Made by a program: the position numbers and the translations under genes
DNA from: Podarcis filfolensis
Lineage: Eukaryota
Reading direction: 5' to 3' (one strand)
Length of the DNA: 64,000 bases
Assembly: GCA_964270895.1 (NCBI GenBank)
Contig: OZ185441.1
The notes under the pieces: model-generated
What the model was told of the DNA's origin: nothing
Seen by the model: only the letters and a program-made list of their open reading frames with translations
Databases searched by the model: none
Shown here: positions 13,813 through 26,838 of the stretch, one piece after another
Layout of the letters: each line of letters opens with the position of its first letter
How positions within the stretch are numbered: position 1 is the stretch's first letter

Positions 13813-14173
13813 GTAAAGGTAAAGGTACCCCTGCCCGTACGGGCCAGTCGTGTCCGACTCTGGGGTTGCGCGCCCATCTCGCTTAAGAGGCCGGGGGCCA
13901 GCGCTGTCCGAAGACACTTCCGGGTCACGTGGCCAGCGTGACAAGCTGCATCTGGCGAGCCAGCGCAGCACACGGAAACGCCGTTTACCTTCCCGCTAGT
14001 AAGCGGTCCCTATTTATCTACTTGCACCCGAGGGTGCTTTCGAACTGCTAGGTTGGCAGGCGCTGGGACCGAGCAACGGGAGCGCACCCCGCCACGGGGA
14101 TTCGAACTGCCGACCTGACGATCGGCAAGTCCTAGGCGCTGAGGTTTTACCCACAGCGCCACCCGCGTCCCTT
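13813..14173 (-). mobile_element. Sauria SINE, full length
   Basis: Minus strand starts GGGACGCGGGTGGCGCTGTGGGT, has a tRNA-like B box (GGTTCGAATCC-like) and ends (ACCTTT)n; TSD AAGATAACGAG at 13802-13812 and 14174-14184. Confidence 0.92.
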
Positions 14174-14538
14174 AAGATAACGAGAGTGTGCCGTAAATAT
14201 ATAATTTCACTATTAGATCACAGAGACACTCTGAAATTCATTCTAGGAGTCCATCTCTAGGCTGAACCAGCAGTAAACTGAGCATATTTTTAGTTGTTTG
14301 AAGACATACTTGATAGATGAGTTTGGAGTAAATTCATGCAACTGAGCCTAAAAGATCAGCAGGGACTCATTTTCAGCAGTGCTTACCTCTATGCCAAGGG
14401 TGGCATAGAGGTGGCCTGATGGGCCAGATCTTTATTTCCCTTGCACTGCCAAACCAACTTTGACAGGTAGGTGGGGCCACCAAGCTACCAATCATCTGAT
14501 ATCCTATTGATGTCATGTGACTGACACGTCCCCCTACA

Positions 14539-14711
14539 CCAGGGGTAGTCAACCTTTTTATACCTACCGCCCACTAATGCATCTTTCTTGATGGTAAAAT
14601 TTCCTTACCGCCCACCAGTGCCGCAGTAACATGTGGTGTAGAACCCCCTACCACCCACCTGGAATCCTCAAATACCCGCTAGTGTAGTATGGACCAGGAT
14701 GACTACCCCTG
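14539..14711. mobile_element. hAT-type MITE
   Basis: TIRs CAGGGGTAGTCA / TGACTACCCCTG; exact 8-bp TSD CCCTACAC at 14531-14538 and 14712-14719. Confidence 0.9.
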
Positions 14712-16086
14712 CCCTACACCAAAGTCGACCCGCTACTGTCAGCAGAGCTACAACACAGATAAAACAGTAAGTAATCTCAATCAATTAACAATTTGAAATT
14801 GGCTTTGGTTTCTGATAATATTGCTCTTTAAGGTAGTGCTACCAAGAGGTTTTCAGATCAGGTACAGATGCAGAACTGCCACTTCTCCAAGACAGAAATA
14901 TAACTTGGATTGTATGCACACATATGCTGAACTGTTTCAATATTTTCTGCTAGACAGCAATGCATGTGGCTGGGAAATGGGGAACCGTACATCAAATGGC
15001 AGAAAAACAAAATAAAGCCAAATCAAATAGAGGGGGAGGGGAGAAAGCCTCACCTTCAAATTGTTGGACTAATTTAAAACTGGCCAGGTGCCAGCTCCAT
15101 TTGCTTATATAAGCACACGAACACACAGATAAAACCCCAGGCATAATGAGCATTTCAAGTGTTGCAAAACAAGGCAGATCAGACACCTTCCCGTTCAATA
15201 GGAGACATAAATGTTTATCAGCTTTGATAAACTCTCTTGCTTGCACCGACTGTATAAATGAGTATTGTGGAAAGTAATAGCTGCAATGTTCATTGCAATT
15301 TTTAGGTATTATATGGTGCCAGTAATATCACAGACATTGTGAGAAAAGGTTTGCAGGTCTGTGTTTTTGTTTTTTGCAGCAATGAACTGGTCTTGTGAAA
15401 ATTCACAGGTGTATGGTATATACACAGGATCATGGTCCCCTTTTCTGTACAGCATCCATCTATGGCAAATGTTAATTGATTTGGTTATTGTGGTAGAAGT
15501 CCTTATATTAAAGGAGAAAATTTTAATTAGGTGTGAACTGGAAGAATGCTTATTTGGCTTCTCTGCTCCAGTTGCTTCCTGGAGCTCTCTTTCCCCCCTG
15601 TATCATTCAAAACAGAGTTGTGCTTTGAATACAAGTCAAAAAGTAGATTGGGGGTATGTTTGCAGTAGAAAAAGAGTACAGCTGGAAACAAGAGTTGGCA
15701 ACCGCTCCTTCCAGATACTGTTCATAATTCCCCTCTTAAAGCTGCTTTTCTTCTTCACTGCCAGTTTTTTGTTTATATGCTTTATAAGGCATGCCGTTTC
15801 TGCAATATGGTGCCTTTATTATACTTTATATGGCATGCAATTTCTGCACAATTAAGCAAAGCATGAAAACAAATTGGCCTAGTTTTTCCACATCTGTGGC
15901 AATGTAATATGTGACTAGGAATTTACCCACTGTGCATATCTCCTTAGGTGTTGTATACTGTACTTATTAAGAAGTAATTAGAGATAATTTTGACCCACAG
16001 GTGATCCAGTGTGGCAAAATATGCTGTGTAGCTAACACCTTTCTTCTCATCTATGCAAACTGTGTTTTTCTAGCCACTTAACATTA

Positions 16087-16292
16087 CAGTGGTACCTCGG
16101 GTTAAGAACTTAATTCGTTCTGGAGGTCCGTTCTTAACCTGAAACTGTTCTTAACCTGAGGTACCACTTTAGCTAATGGGGCCTCCCGCTGCCGCTGTGC
16201 GACTTCTGTTCTCATCCTGAAGCAAAGTTCTTAACCCAAGGTACTATTTCTGGGTCTGTAACCTGAAGCGTCTATAAACCGAGGTACCACTG
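16087..16292. mobile_element. Tc1/mariner (pogo/Tigger-like) MITE
   Basis: TIR CAGTGGTACCTCGG / CCGAGGTACCACTG flanked by TA; one of eight copies in the window. Confidence 0.9.
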
Positions 16293-18074
16293 TATAGCAA
16301 AAGTATTTTTACATGATACTGTCTTCAATAGCCCTGTCAGTGATTTTAATCATTGTTCTCTTGAATTTTAGACCTGAATACATTTTCTTGAAAGATGAGT
16401 TCATTACTAAGACTTTTAAGTTTGAGTATTGATAGTCAAATAATGGCTAGCATTTTGTTGCTGCTACCTTCAAGCCAGTCAATTTAGACAGGATTATACT
16501 TTCTGCTGTACAGCCCATCACAATGATCCCTCTCCACCTACATCTGACTGACGCTGTGCTTTCATGAGCAGTACTGTAATATTGTATTGTAGTATTTCAT
16601 GTTTCTAAGCCACCAAGAGTATGCCATTGTGCATCCTATATAAATGCTATAAATAAACAAATGGAAAGCATCTGATCAATATAAAGGTCTGGTCCGTTTG
16701 TGCTATTGCTTCAAAACCACACTTTACAACTTTGTGCTAGTCACTAGTACAAAGACCCTTACCATGGCTCCTACAGTATATGCTCTTAGCTTTGTGTCTT
16801 AACATTTGGCCTCTCTACTCTGTTCTATTGTCAGTTCCAAAAATAAAATTTAAATCGTCCTGTAATCTGAAGTTCCCTGTCTCATATCAAGGAAGATACA
16901 CAGAAGAAGGTGATGGACTGAAGACTGAGGGTCCTGTTTGAGGGTCAGGGCAGAGAGGGCTTCCCAGAGGGGCAAGCTCCCAGGCAGTGCTGGATTAAAT
17001 CCTGTGGAGGCCCCTAGGCAGTCAAAATCCTGAGGGGGGGGGCTCATGCATGATCTCTAGTGGGATAACATTGAACTAAGAAAGTTCAATTGTAATTTTC
17101 TTTCAAGAACAAATCAATGTTATTGTGATCTGTTGCAGGGCACATAAAAGACGTAGGGCCCAATAGGCCAGTGCCTATTCTACCTATTTATTGTTTCTTG
17201 TGTGAAAAACTTTCAATGAAAATTGATTACAAAAATAAAATTTAATTGAGCATTTAAAAGTGACAGACACCAGTGATTCACAGGAATTCTGTTATCAATA
17301 CCATGGTTTGTGCATTTCCCTTTACTTCTACAGTCCTTGTTTCTTATTATGGAACCTGCATGAGTATTTATTGATGACATTTTTCTTTCCATTCAAAGAT
17401 GCCCAAGGCCACATTCAAAATTTAAACAACAGGTATATACAACAATCATACCACACCACTGACTGGAGAGTAAATCTCTTTGTCTGTTGGGGCCCCAGTA
17501 CATATTTCTGTGGGGGACCAATTCCACCCCCCACAACAGTGTTTGGACTGGTAGCAATCATTGGTCTCAGGAAGAACATGGGGACCTTGTACGTCTGTTT
17601 CCAGGGACCTGACAAGAAACAAGCAGCCACCATTATAAATACAGTACCGGCCCAGTCTTTGTCTTGCATTGCAGCCTCTTTTTCTTCAGCTGAATATCAA
17701 ACTTTTGGCCCCAGATGGTGAAAACGCTTGAGTTTGAGGGTCATGCCTAACAGGGTCCATTTAGGGAATTAACGCTCTGCACACACAAGTGTTTTTAGTC
17801 TCTAAACAACAAACAGGATTGATTTCCAAATGGTGGCATTAAATCCAAACTGCTAGTGCGCAAACACAATAGGGCAATGTACTAGAACTGAGTCAGAAAG
17901 CAGCTAAAAGGAAATAGTATTCTTGATAGCGAGTAAACTATTAACCGACACCAACTATTGCAGCTGCAGGTAAAACAAATGAGCGATAACATTGCACCTG
18001 GCCTTCAATAAAATGTTCTCTGTGATTTAACTAGGGACGGTGATAAGTGAGCATTTTCTAGCTTGGTAATTAAT

Positions 18075-18077
<3 letters not shown>

Positions 18078-18116
<39 letters not shown>
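18078..18116. repeat. (AG)n microsatellite
   Basis: Perfect dinucleotide run. Confidence 0.95.
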
Positions 18117-18119
<3 letters not shown>

Positions 18120-19929
18120 CTTTGTTGTTTTGTAGGAACAGCTGATAGTATTTTACTTAGCACAAACTTTTGTCTCTGTGCAGATTTATGATTTACAAGA
18201 TGAGAAGGTCTGTGTGAAAAACAAACACTTTGGTACATGGTCTGGAATACACTGGTTGACTTTTCCAGATCAGTGCCTTTCAGATAAAGACAATAATCCG
18301 TGTTAAGTGAAGTAACAAACTAGTCTTTCTTATATAACCGTTCTGATTTCTCAAAAACTTGCCAGATGTTCCTACGGTTAACTTAAATTACTCTTAAGTG
18401 ATTTGGTTTCTACCACTTCTTGAAATCACTTAGTAGTTATTGGGGGGGGGGTTGCCATTTTTAACGTCTCTTTTCAAAATTTTAGAAGTATTTTTATTGC
18501 TGAGTTTATCACTAAGACATAGTGGCAAAAATATTATTTTAAAAAAATCAACATGCATGAACAAAGTGATTGCAACCAGTTTTGAGATGAAAGCATATAG
18601 TGCAACAGAAGAAAGCACTGCTGGAATTCCTCTGTGACAAGATTATATCACTGTGCTGAAGCTTATGTCTGGTCAGGGGCGAAACTAGGCTTTATTTCAC
18701 TGGGGTCAAAGACACAGTTTGCCACGTGCATGCGCACGCACGCACACACACAGGAGCCTCAATGGCGCTCCTCTGGAGGCTTCACCCAAGGCAAAAAAAT
18801 CAGCTAGGAAACCCCGCCCCCTAGCTATGGCAATGCATAAGTGACAGGTGGTTAGGACTAAGGACTTGGGGGCAACAGCAAGTGAATTGAAGGTTATGAA
18901 AGAAAGTGCAGCAACAGAACAACACAAATAAATAGACAAAGGTAGGGAAAATGTAGAAAATTAAATAAGTTGCCTTTTTAATATTGCTGTTCTTATGACG
19001 TTGACATTTATTATTCACGTAAGCTGCCTTGAACTAAATGAGAAACTAAGAGGTATAAATATTATTATATAAAAAATCTACAGACACCATCTTTTATACC
19101 AAAACCTTGCATTTTAACCCAAATTACAAACCAAAATGGAATTATACTACAAGCTTGGTTTACAATTCAGTTTGTAACCGAATCTTAAGAATTTCGCTTT
19201 ATTGGTGATACTGTGAAAATCAATGGAAAATATTCTCAGCTACGTTTGGGCAGAGTTGCTCAAAAATCTGGGCGTTGACATTATAAACTGAAATAAACTG
19301 TCTGTTCCATGTTGCTTAGAGCCAATATCCCAGATCGTCTACAGATTCAGGCATGTTTGGGGATACATTAGAAAATGAAACAGGACAATGCAACAAACAT
19401 CTCTTAGATACTATAGGAAAGCAAGCAGGCTGAAGCCCCACTCACTCAATTAGAACATGACCTAACTATAGGAGATCTGACCGATTAAGAGCTTCGCTAG
19501 CTCACCATTTTTTACTCTCTAAGACGGGACTGCAAGCCTGTCAGATTTTACTATAGCAGACATAATTCATCCAATTCTCAATTAAATTCTTGAAGGTTTT
19601 CCACAAGGCCTGATGCCAGACAGAAGACACTCACAGTGTGTTGTTATTACTCCCGAATAAGAGTCTATATAGCTAGCTAACTTGTAAAAATAAACAGATA
19701 ACTTGTGTTTTCTCTTACCGAGCCATATGCATTCTGCATATAATTTCCACTGCCATGAGTACAAAAAAAATAAAAATACCAAAAATGTTTTATGTGTTTT
19801 ATAAGCACCCTGATAAGTACTGGTTTCTTTTGTAAGACGTGCATCTTACGACTAAGGAATTATGACTAGGTATGCACATGCACGTAGTATGCATGACATA
19901 GGTATGCATATGCACAGGTATGCACATCT

Positions 19930-20281
19930 GGGACGTGGGTGGCGCTGTGGGTTAAACGACAGAGCCTAGGGCTTGCCGACCAGAAGGTTGGCGGTTCGAA
20001 TCCCCGTGATGGGGTGAGCTCCCGTTGCTCGGCCCCTGGTCCTGCCAAGCTAGCAATTCGAAAGCACGTCAAAATGCAAGTAGATAAATAGGTACCGCTC
20101 CGGCGGGAAGGTGAACGGCGTTTCCGTGTGCTGCTCTGGTTCGCCAGAAGCGGCTTAGTCATGCTGGCCACATGACCTGGAAGCTGTACGCCGGCTCCCT
20201 TGGCCAATAAAGCGAGATGAGCACCGCAACCCCAGAGTCGGTCACGACTGGACCTAATGGTCAGGGGTCCCTTTACCTTTA
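19930..20281 (+). mobile_element. Sauria SINE, full length
   Basis: GGGACGTGGGTGGCGCTGTGGGTTAAA head; ends GGTCCCTTTACCTTTA. Confidence 0.92.
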
Positions 20282-20655
20282 CGCACATGTCAATTTAACC
20301 ACCTTCAACATATATACACATTTGGGGACCTGTTCCTATATGGTCTTTTAACCATACATTTGCTTGCTGGTAGTGCTGCTGTTATGCCACACCTTAGATC
20401 AGGCCACAACCCAGGCTGTACTGGGTCCCAGTTGAAGACGGTAGGAAGTTTAACCTGCTTGCCCCATCACAGGCAGGCTCCTGTCCCCATGCAAGTTCCA
20501 TGGCAGGCAACTATGCAGCAGGTGTAGATGTATCTAGTATGGTGCTGGTGCCAGAAGGGAACCTGCACATGCTCCTCTGCTCGTTTGTTGAGTTACACTG
20601 CTGGTGTGACGGCTTGGCAACATCACATGTGTTTCCTTTTCAGGCATCCTCAGTT

Positions 20656-20795
20656 TAGTGTTTCCCCAACTTGGGTCTCTCTCCAGCTGTTTTTGAACTA
20701 CAATTCCCATCAACCCTGACCACTGGTCCTGCTAGCTAGGGATGATGGGCGTTGTAGTCCAAAATCAGCTGGAGACTTAAGTTCGGGAAACATTG
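20656..20795. mobile_element. hAT-type MITE (CTACAAYTCCCA family)
   Basis: Same internal palindromic core as 3386-3521 (GAACTACAATTCCCATCA...GGGATGATGGG...TGTAGTC); TSD not clear. Confidence 0.75.
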
Positions 20796-23092
20796 TCCTA
20801 GATGCTATTCATTCCCAGGCACCTTTTGTTTTGTTTTCCGTGCTAGGGATTGGAAGATAGGATTCAACTGTCCCCACCCTAGCTTTATCTGCCTTCAGCT
20901 AGTCACAGGATGGGACTCAGGCGAGGAAAGCAGGAAGTTGGGGGAGTTCACGATGTGTGCCTCCTCCTATCTCTGATCACTGTAGTGTAAGGAAGCAGCT
21001 TCTCAGGCTGCAGGACGGGTGCTGCTGCCAGGGTGTATGGGGCAGTCAGCAGGGGGTGGGGGGGAGGGAGAATGATGTGAAGGGTGCTGGCATTACTGTT
21101 GGCTGTGTCCCTTGGACCGATGGAATTAGGGCACTCTTGCATCATGCTGTGCTGCAGGGATGTGTGCTGAGGGCACATCCCCATTGTTGTGAGTTTCACT
21201 GGCATGTAGGGTCATTGCTGACACAGTCCCCAACTGATGGCCAATGGCCATGTTCCAGGGAGGCTGGAGATGCACCTGTCATTTTCACCCCACTTTTCTA
21301 TTGCCTACTCAAGCGTCCAGTATTTCCCCTCCTGAGTTAAGCGCACACTAGATATTGGCCTTCTACCAGCATAGCAGCAACATCTCGCTCCCCCCTCCTG
21401 GTTTAGGATTATGTTGCCTGACAAGCAGGTGCCTGAGAATTTTATTTTACTGTAAAAAAACAAAAAATACTTTTTTTAAAAAAAAAAGAAAGATAGTGCG
21501 GCCATTGGAATATTTATTGTCATAAAGCACAAAATCTGAAACTATAGAATACTTCGATTAATTTAAAGTGACTGCGTTTACACAGTCTCTGTACGGTACA
21601 GCTGTAAGCAGCTGTAACTTCCCCGTTTCCTGCCCAGAAAATGTATTAGGTAACAATTCATCAACCTTAAATACAAGCTTTAAAGAGAAAAGCAAATTCA
21701 AATCCTGCCTCAGTTAAGCACACCTGCACATTAAGATCAATCATAAAAAATGATCGCAGTGTCAGTTGTAAAAATGCTATCCAGAGGAAAACGGATGGTG
21801 CCCAATCTAGTATTTCATGAAAAACTACTTTAAAGAGATAACTTGGGGGGGGGGTTGTAATTATATAACACATTTCCTTAAGATAGTTCATATTTAGAAT
21901 CAAGAGCACCCTCATTACGTACAGGCTAATCAATGTGCGTACAGGCAGCTGACATGAATAAATGTAATATATGAAGTTTTCCCTATCACTTCATCTCTAG
22001 TACAAGGGGGGAAACGCACCTTCACCAGTTACATTTCTGATTGTGAAGCTGATGTTAGCAGCACAGGAGCCTTAAAAGCACCTTACCTGTTAATTGTGAC
22101 CAACAAGATTAACGTGTGAAAAACGCTATTCACAAATATGTACAATGTTATGGGGGGGCGGGGCGGTGGAGGATGGAAGACTAAAAATACACTTCACTTA
22201 GTTTAGAAAATGTCTATTCACAGGTTACATGAACAAAGGTTTAAAGGCGTTTATAAATCCTACACCTTCCTACACAGAAATGGATTTTTTTAAAAAACCT
22301 TATACATGTGCATTTAAAACTGCATTTCTATCTTTCACACATGCAGGTGGCACAAAGGGAACATGTGAAAAGAGCACATGGGCAACTACATGCATAACAT
22401 TTTAAGTGCACTCAACAACAGGGTTCCATTCCAATGCATCTGCTTTCAAAGCAGCAAATGTGTACTGAAACCACGTCCACCGCATTTACAGTGCAGTAAA
22501 CTTTTCATATTTGCTCAGAAGTAAAGCTCACTGATTTATGTGTGTTTCCTTACAGCTGTGCACAGAACTGCAGCCTTTAGCTCTATTTACACTCTTAGGC
22601 TGTTCACAACACTTGAGCGTCAAGTTATAACGTGGCATTTGATTTCTGAAAATGACAAGTGTTAGGGCTTACTAAGGAGACACGCACGGAAGTAGTTCAA
22701 CTGCAATTGCCGTTTAGCTAGGTGTGACCTGGTCTCTTTGAGCTTGGACACTGAAGCAGGGGCAAAGCTTCAAACTACAACCCACTCACTTTGGAGTAGT
22801 TCAATTGATTTCAATGAACACTACATTACTAATACCAGAGTGTATGTGTTCTCAACATTTTGGGAGGAAGAGGGGTAGGAACTGCCACTGTTAATAAAGG
22901 CATTATCACTGTATTTTTCTGTAATTCATTCCCCCCCCCCCCCGACCTCACTGCCTACAATCTCCACTTCTACCTGCAACTCAGGATAACACTTCATGCA
23001 TCTGGTGAAGTGGATTGCAGTCCAAGGAAGTTTATGCCATGATAAATGTGTTGATCTTTTAACATCTTTTTAATCCAGAATGCCATAGCTAG

Positions 23093-23580
23093 ACTGGTGA
23101 CTGGGAGCGGCCACTGGGACCATATAACACCAGTCCTAAAGGATCTACATTGGCTCCTGGCATGTTTCCGAGCACAATTCAAAGTGTTGGTGGTGACCTT
23201 TAAAGCCCTAAACAGCCTCGCACCTGTATACCTGAAGGACCTCCTCCACCCTCATCGTCCAGCCCGGACACTGAGGTCCAGCACTGAGGGCCTTCTGGTG
23301 GTTCCTCACTGCAAGAAGTGAAGTTACACGGAACCAGGCAGAGGGCCTTCTCAGGAGTGGTGCCCGCCCTGTGGAATGCCCTCCCACCAGATGTCAAAGA
23401 GATAAAGAACTAACCAATTTTTAGGAGACATCTGAAGGCTGCCCTGTATCAGGAAGGTTTTTTTAAATGTTTGATGTTTTATTGCCTTTTTATATCTGTT
23501 GGAAGCCAGGCAGAGTGGCTGGGGGCAACCCAGCCAGAATGCAGGGGGGGGTATGAATAATAAAAATTATTATTGTTGTT
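23093..23580 (+). mobile_element. L2-clade LINE 3' end (5'-truncated)
   Basis: Peptide HWDHITPVLKDLHWLLACFRAQFKVLVVTFKAL...APVYLKDLL is the typical L2 ORF2 C-terminal motif; ends AATAATAAAAATTATTATT. Confidence 0.85.
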
Positions 23581-23769
23581 ATAAGATGCCACAAGAACGT
23601 TTGCCTCCGAAGTAATCCTTCTAAAGTCTGCGTCTCTCTCTACATGCACTCGCAGGCTGCAATCCTACACGAACACTTCCTTGGGAGCATGTCCCGCAGA
23701 CCTCGATGGGACTTACTTAGTCCTGAGCACAGGCATCCATAGGACTGCGCTGTCAGCACGTGAACTAAG

Positions 23770-25470
23770 CATCGGCAGTGTCTGTGTCTGCGTGCGTGTT
23801 GCAGAACAAGCCCCCACCGCCAGGCATGGGCAAGGCTCGCAATTGCGCTTGTGCAATCCCTCACCTTTTTCCTTGTTCTTTCCCCCTCCCCCAGCAGGAC
23901 TCCCGGCGCCACCTGCCTGTCTCGCGCGCAGCCACGCGCCACGCCCGCTCCTTCCTTTCTCTCTCTGCCAGCCAAGAGGCGCGTGGCGTTTCCTTTTGGA
24001 AAGCTCCTCCCGAAAGCGGTGCTTTCCTTTCCCCCACCCAAGAGCAAATCCAAGTTCAAAAAAAAAGGGGGGGGGAAGGGTGCAGGTGGGAGGGACGGAC
24101 GGAGGGGCGGGGGGGGGGGAGAAAGGTGACTTTGGCAAACAGAAAGAAGTTGCTGCGCAGTCCCGGGTGGATCTGATGAAACGCAACCCGTCTGCGCGTT
24201 TAGACGGTCGGAAGCGGTTTTGTTGAGGGGGCTTACTTCAAGTACGGTACAGTGGTACCTCGGGTTACATACGCTTCAGGTTACAGACTCCGCTAACCCA
24301 GAAATAGTGCTTCAGGTTAAGAACTTTGCTTCAGGATAAGAACAGAAATCGTGCTCCGGCGGCGCGGCAGCAGCGGGAGGCCCCATTAGCTAAAGTGGTG
24401 CTTCAGGTTAGGAACAGTTTCAGGTTAAGAACGAACCTCCGGAACAAATTAAGTACTTAACCCAAGGTACCACTGTACTAACAATAAGGCACAGGATTTC
24501 AGTCTCTTTGTGACCTAGGGCACCCAAGCAGGGTTTAAACCCTCAGGCAAGCTGCACCTCCATGATTTCTCGCATTTTCACCCAGTAAATGTGCTGCAGA
24601 GACTTGCACCTGGGCGCACTGCAAAAGCTGGCCATTTGACGCACGCTTACCAGGGCTCAAGTCCCCTCCCGCTCAGTGGCGCAAGGTAGCGCTATCTGCG
24701 CACTTACTTGGACGGGACGGGGATGGTCGCCACAGGCGCTTTCCTTCCAGCGAGCCCTGGGCGTCAATGGTGGCTGGAGAAAGGGCGGGAAAGCCTTCGT
24801 CAGGAGACGCCGCCTATTTGTTTTGCTTTTTCGGGGTAGGGGTGGCGACGAGCTCCTAGCGCGGGTGGGTGGGACCGAGTAGGCGCGGGCTGAAAGTGGA
24901 CTTTGGCGGGAGAAATCGGGCCACCTCCTTCTCCCCCCCCCCCCACCTCTGAGGCTGGAGTTTAAGCACAACCGTTTGCAAGAGGAGGAGGAGGACCGCG
25001 AAAAGGTCGCGCCGACGCGCCTCCTGGTTAGAAAAAAAAAAGAGCCCTCCGGCTTGGAGCGAGACGCCGGGTACTCCGCAGCGCGCGAGGGGTTAAAGAC
25101 AGCGGCCACGGGAGCTCCGCCGACGCCGCGCGCGCCCGACGGCGGGCTCCGCCTCGAGTTGCTCCAGCGAAGCTGCTGCTGCTGCCCCTCCTCCGCGGGG
25201 TCGGCGGGAGGCAGCGGCGCGCTCCCTTCCCTCTCGGCCTCCCGCTCCGGCAGGTGTCTGGGCCTGCCTGACCGCGAAAGCGGAGCAACCCCCTCCCCCT
25301 GCGGCTTTTTCGTAATTATTATTATTATTTTAGCGTTGCGCAGCAGTTGGTTCTCTTCCCAGTTTCTCTCTCTCTCTCGGTGACCCCGCCGCAGCCTTTC
25401 TGGGGAGGAACCAGGAAGAAGAGAAGGGAGGTGAAGGGGGAAGAACGGGGTGAACGGCGCCGGCGCTTGT
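23770..25470. promoter_or_regulatory. Non-coding CpG island ~11-13 kb upstream of SOX4
   Basis: Abrupt rise in GC and CpG, GC boxes (GGGGCGGGG, GGGCGG), no coherent protein-coding ORF; split by the MITE at 24250-24475. Confidence 0.75.
24250..24475. mobile_element. Tc1/mariner (pogo/Tigger-like) MITE
   Basis: TIR CAGTGGTACCTCGG / CCAAGGTACCACTG; TA TSD. Confidence 0.9.
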
Positions 25471-26562
25471 ACGGGGAGCGAGTCAGGCACATCGAGATAT
25501 ATATATGCATACATATATATATATATACACATACATGTGTATATATTTATACACAACTTTGTTCTCGCCCCTTTTACTCCCCCCTTTTCCCTCTATCATT
25601 TTCAATAAAATATTGATATTATCCTTTCCCTTTTCTTTTCCCCCCTGAGAAGATTGCTGAAGAGATATTTCCACCAAGCCATTCCCCTTCAGAAATGTAG
25701 AGATCTGTGGTTCTCACCATGGGAAACCACTGGCATGCACAAACAGGATTCCTAAGAATTCGGTAAACGCTTGCATGAGTGTGGCTCAAAACACACACAC
25801 AACCAACAGCACAGTGAACCTGCTTTCTTCAAGGGATGTGGTCCTACAAAGGCAGTCCAGTCAACTTTCATTTAAAACCAGTGGGACTGACAAATGAACC
25901 AGTTAAGGAATGCCATGCAGCCTCCCTCCCCGCAATGAGATATAATTTTTAGCAATAAATGGGCTGTATGTACTTGCAGTCCCTTGTGCTCACCCAGTAC
26001 AGAACTTGCCTGTTACAGACATCTGCTTGGAACCCATTAATTGCTTCCTGCAGATGGCAATGACCTTGTCAATAGTTAGGCTTTTAGGCCGTGTCACGTG
26101 CCTGCCCTGTTCTAAATGTACTGTACATCTGAAAGTGTAAAGTCTGAGTGTGACAGATGTATATCACAAATACAGATGCACTCGTCAGGGAGACAGGTTT
26201 GGCTGCGGCTTCTTGTTTGCACAGTTGGCAGGCCCAAATGAAACAGCTCTGAGATTGCAGGTCACGGGCCTGGAAAGGCACTGAGAGTCTATGCCAACAA
26301 CCTGCTGTCATGGAAAAGGCCGTCTTCATTGCAGCTGTGCTAGGCATGAAACAGTTAAAAGGCACAGAGATTGTAGCTTTTGGCGCATGCAAAAAGTCCC
26401 ATCCCTGGCATGTCCCCGTAGGACTGGGATTGAAATCCTGGATAAACCACTTCAGGGTCAACATGGACAGTAATGAGCTGGATGGGTTAATGGTGCAACT
26501 GTAGAAGGCAGCTCCTTAACCATGTGAGCCTTGGGTATGTTTCAAAAAAGTTTGAACAGGAG

Positions 26563-26838
26563 ATCATAGAACTATAGAATTGTCAAGCTGGAAGGGACTC
26601 CAAGGCTCATCTATTATTATTTTTTTCAAAAAAAATTATTGGTTTTCACAAAATTAAAAAACACACAAATAAACAGACAAACATAAATCATAACCTTATT
26701 AAAACTAATCTTCTTAACATTGTTAAGAAGGCTCATCTAGTCTCACCCCCTGGAAGGCAGTAATCTTTCGTCCAGTGTGGGACTTGAACCCACAACCCTA
26801 ATATTAAGAGTCTCATGCTCTACCGAGTGAGCAATCCC
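26563..26838 (-). mobile_element. tRNA-Lys(CTT)-headed SINE-like element with CR1 tail, interrupted by a 114-bp insert
   Basis: Minus strand GCTCACTCGGTAGAGCATGAGACTCTTAATATTAGGGTTGTGGGTTCAAGTCCCACACTGGACG closely follows vertebrate tRNA-Lys-CTT, then a CR1-type tail ending TTCTATAGTTCTATGAT. Confidence 0.8.
26614..26727 (-). mobile_element. Very short L1-like 3' end insertion
   Basis: 12-bp TSD AAGGCTCATCTA at 26602-26613 and 26728-26739; T-rich body resembles the L1 3' UTR at 47600-47727; A-rich end. Confidence 0.7.

Noticed and set aside
1-23000. Exons of the neighbouring gene CDKAL1
   Set aside because: No ORF or exon-sized peptide resembling the tRNA methylthiotransferase was recognised.
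23640-25556. ORFs of 130-299 aa in the upstream CpG island
   Set aside because: Open in several frames on both strands, Arg/Pro/Gly-rich, one starts within a (TA)n microsatellite; typical CpG-island artefacts.
26768-26838. Functional tRNA-Lys gene (likewise the tRNA-Asn-like sequence at 54105-54172)
   Set aside because: Acceptor and anticodon stems are mismatched and the sequence is fused to a CR1 tail with no clear Pol III terminator.
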